The notes below the pieces were generated by a model. It was not told the DNA's origin. It made no database searches and was given only the letters and a program-made list of their open reading frames with translations. This document shows, in pieces, positions 55,571-64,000 of a stretch of 64,000 nt of DNA; within the stretch, counting starts at the first letter, position 1, and every line of letters begins with the position of its first letter. The DNA comes from Felis catus (lineage: Eukaryota), in contig NC_058368.1 in assembly GCF_018350175.1 (NCBI RefSeq), positions 172,052,001-172,116,000 of the forward strand. The letters run 5' to 3'. A program made the translations under genes and the position numbers.

Positions 55571-56309
55571 ATAGTTGCCACATCTCTCACATGTAGCTGT
55601 GAGAAGGCTAGAAAATATAGGCTTTTCAATGAGCTCTTCAACCTCCAGGAAGGAGGAGAAGCTGTCAATGGTAGTATCTTCCGGCCATCAAAGTGGCTGA
55701 CACTGACTGCCTTGCCTCCCCATCAGGCGGCTTGGACTCTGTAATTCCAAGACGCCTCTTTGCTATCCTGTGCATTGCTCACAATCCCTTCTATGAGGTT
55801 ATATTCTGCTAGATCATCTACGGTACCTAACGTTTAGTCAAGTACAATTTTAGGATTATGTCATGTGGTACGTTTGACAGCTCTGAAAAATAGGTTTGGG
55901 TTACTTTAAGATATTGCGGTAAAATTTCTAAGCAAAGCTGAAAGGAAGGGGTGTAGAAGTCACAGAAAGGTCTTCATTTGGAAGATATCGTAAATATTTG
56001 ACACCCAAGCAGAACATGCTGGTTACAAAAGGGCAACGTGAAGGATCTTAGTGTTGATGAAAATGTGGTGTGTCCTGACCGTGTCATGTCAGTATCCTGG
56101 TTGTGATAAGATGCTATAGTTTTGTTAAGATGTTACCATTGTGGGAAACTAGGTAAAGGGTAAATCAGATCTCTCTTCTTACAATTAGATGTGACGCTAC
56201 AGTTTCTTCAAAATAAAAGTTTAATTTTACAAACATCAACATCATTTCATTGTAAACTATATCTCAATAATTTTTTTAGAGTCAACTGCATTTCAAACTG
56301 GTACATTTA

Positions 56310-56960
56310 TTTTTTTCAATATATGAAATTTATTGTCAAATTCGTTTCCATACAACACCCAGGGCTCATCCCAACAGGTGCCCTCCTCAATGCCCATCAC
56401 CCACCCTCCCCTCCCTCCCACCCCCCATCAACCCTCAGTTTGTTCTCAGTTTTTAAGAGTCTCTTATGCTTTGGCTCTCTCCCACTCTAACCTCTTTTTT
56501 TTTTTTTCCTTCCCCTCCCCCATGGGTTTTTGTTAAGTTTCTCAGGATCCACATAAGAGTAAAAACATGTGGTATCTGTCTTTCTCTGTATGGTTTATTT
56601 CACTTAGCATCACACTCTCCAGTTCCATCCACATTGCTACAAAGGGCCATATTTCATTCTTTCTCATTGCCACGTAGTACTCCATTGTGTATATAAACCA
56701 CAATTTCTTTATCCATTCATCAGTTGATGGACATTTAAGCTCTTTCCACAATTTGGCTATTGTTGAGAGTGCTGCTATAAACATTGGGGTACAAGTGCCC
56801 CTATGCATCAGTACTCCTGTATCCCTTGGGTAAATTCCTAGCAGTGCTATTGCTGGGTCATAGGGTAGGTCTAATTTTAATTTTTTGAGGAACCTTCACA
56901 CTGTTTTCCAGAGTGGCTCTACCAGTTTGCATTCCCACCAACAGTGCAAGAGGGTTCCCG
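56310..56960 (-). mobile_element. Young felid-type L1 3' end, 5'-truncated (651 bp)
   Basis: ORF2 C-terminus (TCTPMFIAALSTIAKLWKELKCPSTDEWIKK) plus 3' UTR. Perfect 17-bp TSD tcaaactggtacattta at 56293-56309 and 56961-56977. Confidence 0.93.
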
Positions 56961-57021
56961 TCAAACTGGTACATTTAAAATGACATGTTTAGTATGCAGT
57001 TTTGACTATTCTTATCAAATT

Positions 57022-57243
57022 CTTTTTCTTTTTTTTTTTCTTTTTTTTTATTTTTGGGACAGAGAGAGACAGAGCATGAACGGGGGAGGGGCAGAGAGAG
57101 AGGGAGACACAGAATCAGAAACAGGCTCCAGGCTCCGAGCCATCAGCCCAGAGCCCGACGACGCGGGGCTCGAACTCACAGACCGCGAGATCGTGACCTG
57201 GCTGAAGTTGGACGCTTAACCGACTACGCCACCCAGGCGCCCC
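57022..57243 (-). mobile_element. Young SINEC_Fc
   Basis: TSD tcaaattcttttt. Private 3-bp duplication (cccgacgacgcgggg). Confidence 0.92.
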
Positions 57244-57692
57244 TCAAATTCTTTTTCAAATATTAAAGAAACAAGGAGGAAAAGTCAGTTGAATTCTCAG
57301 TAAGAAGGTCTCAATTTTTTAAAACTTTTTATTATGAACATTTGAAAATACATACAAAAGAATATAATTAAACTCCATCTACTCATCATCCAATTCAACA
57401 ATTACCACCCTGTTGTTAGTCTTACTTTATCTATTTGCCTTGCAATTTTTCCCTGGTCGATTATTTTAAAGCAAATCCCAGACATTATATTATTTTACCC
57501 TTAACTAAATCTATTTTTAAATCCAGTGATCCTAAGCACGATGAACAAAGGAAATAAAACTCCACAATTTCACATTTCTAAAGCCAGCAATTTTCACACA
57601 CTGAAAAAAAAAAATGTGTAGTTACTGATTTCTGGAAACGGAAGTAAGAATGTAGATAGACACAGAGAAAGCTACAGAGCAGGGATACAGAG

Positions 57693-58480
57693 CATGGTAA
57701 GCAAAATAATGCCCCCGAAATGCCCATCCTAATCCCTGGAATCTATAAATATGTTACCTTAATGGAAAAGGAGAAAGAAAGTTGCAGTTGCTATAAATAT
57801 GTTACCTTAATGGAAAAGGAGAGAGAAAGTTGCAGTTGAAATTAAGGTTCCTAATTGGCTGACTTTAAGATAGGGAGATCGTCCTGGGTTATCTGGATGG
57901 GCCCAAAGTAATCACAGGGTTCCTTAAAAATGAAAGAAGAGGGGTGCTTGGGTAACTCAGCTGGTTAAGCATTGGACTCTTGATTTCCGGTCAGGTCATG
58001 ATCTCATGGCTCATGGGGTTGAGCCCCAAGTTGGGTTCCACACTGATAGCACGAAACCTGCTTGGGATTCTCTCTTGCTCTCTCGCTCTCTCTCTCTGCC
58101 CCTCCCCTACTCTCTCTCTCTCTCTCTTTCCCTCTCAAAATAAATAAACATTTAACAAAAATGGAAGAGGAAGCAGAGGTGAGTCACAGGGAGATGGGAC
58201 TGTGAAGAAAGGTCAGAGTGGTGTGATGTAAGAGGAATCGACCTGCCACTCCTGGCTTGGAAAATGAAGGAAAGGGAGCAGGAGCCAAAGAATGTAGATG
58301 GCCTCTGGGATCTAGAAAAAGCAATGCCCTAAAGGCCCCAGTAGAGAAGACAACCCTGTCGACGTCTTGATTTTAGTCCAGTGCAATCTGTGTGGGGCTT
58401 TTCACCTAGAGAACTTTAAGATAGTACATTTGTATTGTTTAAGCCACCAAATCTGTGGTAATTTGCTAGAGCTGCAATAT
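57693..58480 (+). mobile_element. MaLR LTR (MLT1D/E-like) with an internal 48-bp tandem duplication and an inserted SINE (about 57941-58160)
   Basis: MLT1 motifs cctaatccctggaatct, attaaggtt, gtaatcacagggttcctta and tttaagccaccaaatctgtggtaatttg. Confidence 0.75.
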
Positions 58481-60164
58481 CAAAGTGAGGTCCAGAGTGA
58501 AAGGGTGTCACCATTTGACAGAGCTACCATGACTATTCAATTAGAGAAGGCCACCTTTAATGGGGGAGGTTTTGTTATGCGGGAAAGGGTTTCTTCAGAG
58601 ATCTGAGTCATTTAACCAGTAAATAATGTAATTACGCCAATACCTTAGAAATATGATCCTGTGTATAGCAAAAGCCTCACTTTTTAAGTCCTGCCCTTGG
58701 ACTAAAAACATGAGTCAGCAGTGAGCTATAAAATTTTAAAATGCAAAAAAGGAATGTACACCCTCTGCTGGTGGATATAAAGCAGACTTTTCATGTTTTG
58801 GATTTGGTTTCCTGTATATTCTGGGAAGAGTGAAGACTACCCAGGCCTATCTGGGGTGGGGGGGGGGGGAGAGCCTGTCTGGACTCACTGCACTATGAAC
58901 CCCATGTAGACTGTAGAACACCCTATGGGGCCAACCTGAGCTGATTATTTTCAGAGTGAGTGTTTGGAGAAGTTATTTCTCTGGATCTGTTTGTTGCTTC
59001 AACAGAAACTTTTTAAAACTTTTTTTTTAATGTTTATTTATTTTTGAGGGGGAGAGAGAGAGAGAGAGAGAGAGCGAGCAAGCAGCGGAGGAGGGGCAGA
59101 GAGAAAGAGAGGGAGGGAGACACAGAATTCAAAGCAGGCTTCAGGCTATCAGCACAGAGCTTGTTGTGGGACTTGAACCCACGAACTATGAGATCATGAC
59201 CTAAGTCAGAGTCGGATGCTTAACCAACTGAGCCACTCAGGGGTCCTCAACAGAAACTTCTTTTAAAGAATTCAGTATAAGAGATGCTATGAGACAAACA
59301 TGTTTTCCCAGTTAAGATGCTTACAAGGTCATTTAAACAAACAAACAAACAAAAAAAAACCCAGCCTCCAGCATGCTTTCTCAACCATAACATTTATTCA
59401 AAGACTCAACATAGTAATTAGTGTGTTAGTTACTTAGTTTCTGAAATCATAGTAAAAAATAATCCCTTCATCCATGACAAGGAATTAATATAAAATAGTT
59501 TTTAAGAACTGTTATAGAGATTACATTTCTGATTTTTAAACATTAAGAAATTATTTATTTGAAAAAAAGAAATATCCTGAAACAATTTTCTTTTTCCTGA
59601 TTTGTTCCTCATGCAAAAGAAGGTTATTTACCAGTGGATTAAGTTTTCTCATTTGGGTCTGAGAACTTCATTCCCTGTCCCTGCCCTTTCAGCTGCCTTC
59701 TTCCATTCTGGGCAAACCTGTCAAAGCATGGAGGTTAGACACGACAGAGGAGCAGGAAGGGGAGGACGAAAGAAAAGGAAGAGGTTCTAAAGTTCTAGAG
59801 TGTAGAATTCTTTTATATATACATTTGCATGCAATATGTTTATACTTAACATACATAGTTACATATGACATGTATTTACATTATTTATATTTATTACATT
59901 ATTATACATTGTATTATATACATTATATATGGTTATATACTATATTTTACATAGATAGACAAATAGAGCAAGTAAGCTCTGTATTAATCAGGACTCTTTA
60001 ATGAGAGTAACAAAAACCCATCTAAGCTAGAATGAGTTCATCTTTTCCAACAGCAGATTTACTTTGTTTAAAAAGAGATTCACACTCATAATAGGATTTT
60101 GCATCCCATCACCTCCTCCTCCTCGGTGACCTTGGCATATATGTGGTGATAACTTACTCGTTGG

Positions 60165-60930
60165 CCTAGACATCAGTTAGCAAATCTATATAGAGTGCCC
60201 ATCACACAAGGACACTGTAGGCACTGGGGATTCAATGCATAACTTAGAGAAAAGATCCCTGCTTTCTTGTAACTTACACTGTAGTAAGGGAGAGAGAAAA
60301 AAATGGATTGAGAAAATTTCAGATTGAGGAAGCTATTTAGATGAGTGGTCTGAGAAGAATTTCTGAAGAGGTGATGTTTAAGCTGTAGAGACAGCACAAA
60401 GAGGAGGGTATTGCAGAGGGGGTGGGCAGCATTCCAGGCAGAAGGAATGGTCTGTAGAAAGAGCTTGGAGTATGTAATGGATTGCAGGGAGACTACTGTG
60501 GCTCAAATGTAGTGAGAGATGAAGATGGGACATGAAAGGAAGGTAGAGTGAGTGACGGGCACGTACCCCATCATGTAAAGTTTCTCAAGCCATGGCACAC
60601 AAATTGGATTCTACACTGAGGGTCATGAAGATTTTCAAGTTAATGTTTTGAGATGATCACTCTTGCTGCTTGGTGGAGGATGGATCGCCACAGGGACAGG
60701 AGACATTTAGGAGCCTGTGGAAGTAGTCCAGCTGAGCTTGAGATGGCTTGGATTAAGGTGGGGAAAGCTGAGATGGAGAAGAGGGAATGGGTCTTGGAGG
60801 TAGACTGGCCAGGACTCATCAGTGGTTTGCATGTGTGCCTGTGTGAGAAAGATAGGAATTAAAGTTCACTCTTAGGTTTCTAGTTGGAGCCACTGGATGC
60901 CTAGTGGAACATGCCAATTGAAATGATTTG
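60165..60930 (-). mobile_element. L2 (LINE-2) 3' fragment
   Basis: Antisense L2 3' signature (gtaggcactggggatt, agcattccaggcagaaggaa, gatcactcttgctgct). Confidence 0.7.
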
Positions 60931-62006
60931 GGCCAGGGGCACTTGGGTGGCTCAGTCGGTTAAGTGTCTACTCTTGATTTCAGCTCAGGTCATAATTTCA
61001 TGAACCGTGGGATGGAGCCCTGCATTAGGCTTTGCACTGACAGTGTGGAGCCTCCTTGGGATTCTGTCTCTCAAAATAAATAAACAGTAGGGCACCTAGG
61101 TGGCTCAGTCTGTTAAGTGTCCAACTTTGGCTCAGGTCATGATCTCTCGGTTCATGAGTTTGAGCCCTACATCAGGCTCTCTGCTGACAGCACAGATCCT
61201 CTGTCTCCCTCTCTGTCTGCCCCTCCCTCTCTCTCTCTCTCAAAAATAAACACTTAAAAATAAATAAATAAATGAATGAATAAATAAATAAACAAAAATT
61301 GTTTTTTAAAAAAAGGAAAGACATGATTTGGACCAAAGTAAAAGAAAGCTTTGGCTGAAACAAAAAGACTCATAAGGGTTCATGTAAGTTCAGAGGTAGG
61401 ACAGGCTTCAGGGTTCATTGTCTGGCTCCCGGTTAGAGATCTAGGTGTGACTTTTCAGGCCTAACTGTAGGCAAACACAAAAGCTCTACTTGACAAGTCT
61501 CCCAGGGAATGGCTGCCCTCCCCACGCAGACTTGGTGGGTAGCCAGTGCACTGCAGTCTCTAGGGGGCGCTGCAGTCAGGGACTCGGGCCCCTCTGACTC
61601 CCAGGCCATGAACATCTGCATTCCTAGCCCTGGGGCCTCCACTCCTATCTCTTTAGCTGAGGCCTTGGCGGAGATCTTCTTTGGTCTCCTCTGCTGACGC
61701 CACCTTCTGGGGGAAGGAGGAGTACTTTCCCACTCCTAGCCCTTCCCCTCCCTCTCTGCCCAGGGTCCACAAAACTGCCAGAGCCTTTTGTTCAGTGAGA
61801 CCACCCCCCTGACCCTTGACCTCCACCTGACCCTTGACTCTTCCATGGGAGAGTGAAGCCGAAGGAGTCACTGCTTTCTCTGGTTTTAGCCATCCAGGTA
61901 AGTGATTAAAGGCTTAACTCTTTCATTTTTGGCTTGTTGATTTAATTGGCTACTCTGACACCTGACAACTCTGGCCCCCACCTGAAGCCAGGTGCTTGAA
62001 CAAGTG

Positions 62007-62043
<37 letters not shown>

Positions 62044-62299
62044 TCTGTCTCTCTCATTCCTCCCCCACACCTACCCCCAGGCCAGGTCAGCTGAGCTCTT
62101 GACCGCTCTGCCTCCTTTTCTCTTCAGGTCTTTCAGCTTTGCCCTCCTCCTTGTGTCAGCTTTATCCTCAGGATGACGGTCACCAGCCAGACCCAAGACC
62201 TGACCTGTACCACTCACCCGCTTGTACCCACCAACCTTCGTTCCACATTTTTCCTTAAGTTCTTCTTTCCAGCTTATCTCTTAACACAGGCAAAAGACC

Positions 62300-62784
62300 T
62301 GAGGGCATAGCATCCCTGAAAGAAACTAAAGCCACCCTTCAAACAATGACTGCCTGCAAGAAAAGTGCCGCTGGCCCAGGCCACCCAGACCAACTGGAAC
62401 GTAACCCCCCACTCACAGGTGCGCAAATGGACCTTGGAGACACTGACAGTTACCTTTCTCTCATTATTATACTAAAATCTCCACCCAAGGAGAAGCACAA
62501 GCCTCATTGTCATAACCTGCAATGTAGGTATAGATAGGCATGTTTCCTTAGGGTGTGTGTAGGATGCCCACCTCTACATATGGTGACAAGGCTCCCCTTC
62601 CTAACTATTCATCCCAACCTTAAATAAAAGGAGCCCATTCAGACTTGCTCCAGGAGTCGTGGCTTTGGAAGTTATTCCCATGATCTCCTTACTTGCCGCA
62701 AATATAGTTTACTCTGTGTGACAACTCCACCTGCTGTAGTTTCTATGACTCACCAATGAGTGAACTCACATGAGTTTGGGTACA
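62300..62784 (+). mobile_element. Probable solo ERV LTR
   Basis: TG...CA termini, TATA/AATAAA-like taaataaaag at about 62621, and LTR-like R/U5 composition. No clear TSD found. Confidence 0.6.
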
Positions 62785-64000
62785 GTTCCACATATCATAT
62801 CCTGACTCGATGACGTTTCATTAAAAAAGAGAGACTTTTACATCTTAAGGATGTAAGCAGGAGTCCTAAGATTCACAGAATGGTTGCTAACAAGGGATGT
62901 AATCTGATGATTCACTGAGGCCAACCGGAGCCAAATCCTGGAGCCAAGAGTGTGCTGGTTTTCTGCGCAGCCACGCATGCTCCATGTGAAACTGAGGACT
63001 GCATGTCTGAATCATGATTCTGTTCAGAAAGATTAAGAGGTGAATTCAAACACAGACTGAAACATAATTTGCCATGTGCCCCTCAGGAAAATATGGACTT
63101 CCTTATTCAAAAGGCAGGAAAAAAGTGTCACTGAAAGTACTAAATTATAAAACCTTTTCCTTTTCTCTATGGTCTTTCAATTTGCCATGGTGTTTTTATT
63201 TGATATTCATTGTCATCCTAAGTAAAGGACAACTAACATTTTAAATTGTTACAATATCATCATTCATCTTTATATTGTGCGTTGCCAACTTTAAATGCAG
63301 ATATAAGAACATTTAACTCACATAGAATCACCAAAATTATACAACTCACATTTCATAGCTGGTACATGCATGGTGTATTTTATTCTTACAAAAACGGTGG
63401 AAACACTGCACAAAATTAACCCGTCTGTGTTCCTGTCACTTCTTGCTGTGCACACATTCTACCATACTCTCTACATTTGGCTTATGATGAATGAGGTGAA
63501 AGGAACTAGAGAAAAGTGTCTTTCACTTTCCTTCAGTGTCACCATTTTTAGCATAAGTGGTTGGTTAATATAGGGAATTAATAGGAAAGTAACATGACAG
63601 GGTTCCTTGGTTCTTTGTGTTTCTGAGACTGTCACTGTCTTCTTTTTGCATCTGAAGCAAGTTCTGATTTATAGGAAGATGTCAGGGCTCACAGTGATCC
63701 CACTTACTCAGTTTAACATGGTTACCTTGTCTCACTTTCAATCTGGTTGAACTTCCATGAATCACGGGCTCACGGAAATTCTGTTCTCATGGGATATTTA
63801 AAATGCTATATGCAATTGGGGCAGCAAAGAGTGAGTACACACACATTATTACATGTATCTCCTCTGCTTAAGTGCACACTCCTTTGTCTTACCAATTTCA
63901 TTCACAGAACACAACTTCAAAAATGAGATCAGTGAGAATTTTAAGATGGTGGGCACCTGGGAGGCTCAGTTGGTTGAGTATCTGACTTCGGCTCAGGTCA

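Noticed and set aside
23100..64000. Exons of a neighbouring gene (DCP2 is, from memory, the next gene upstream in human)
   Set aside because: No second CpG island or recognisable coding exon is seen. Any neighbour probably starts beyond the window, and unannotated non-coding exons cannot be excluded by eye.

Overview
Mammalian genomic DNA, almost certainly a felid, based on abundant cat-type CanSINEs (SINEC_Fc) and carnivore L1 3' ends. The only protein-coding gene I can support is REEP5 (DP1/Yop1 family ER-shaping protein) on the minus strand. Its coding exons 1-3 lie at 22566-22449, 21721-21628 and 2613-2475, with canonical GT/AG sites and a continuous frame; later exons fall left of the window. 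A CpG-island, GC-box promoter covers about 21.75-22.9 kb. The remaining ~41 kb upstream is intergenic and repeat-dense (~40 SINEs, L1, L2, MIR, MaLR/ERV LTRs, MER DNA transposons, microsatellites, one U6 retrocopy). I found no convincing novel biological system. The most interesting structures are: a ~326-bp inverted duplication that copied a SINE together with its flanks (44.2 and 45.8 kb); two probable L1 3'-transductions (12.1 and 54.6-55.6 kb); a solo LTR with a 5-bp TSD nested in an L1; a TSD-flanked polyadenylated U6; loss of the REEP5 Met5 start codon; and two CpG-enriched patches in AT-rich old repeats. Repeat family names come from recognising consensus-like sequence by eye, and repeat boundaries are approximate unless TSDs are given.
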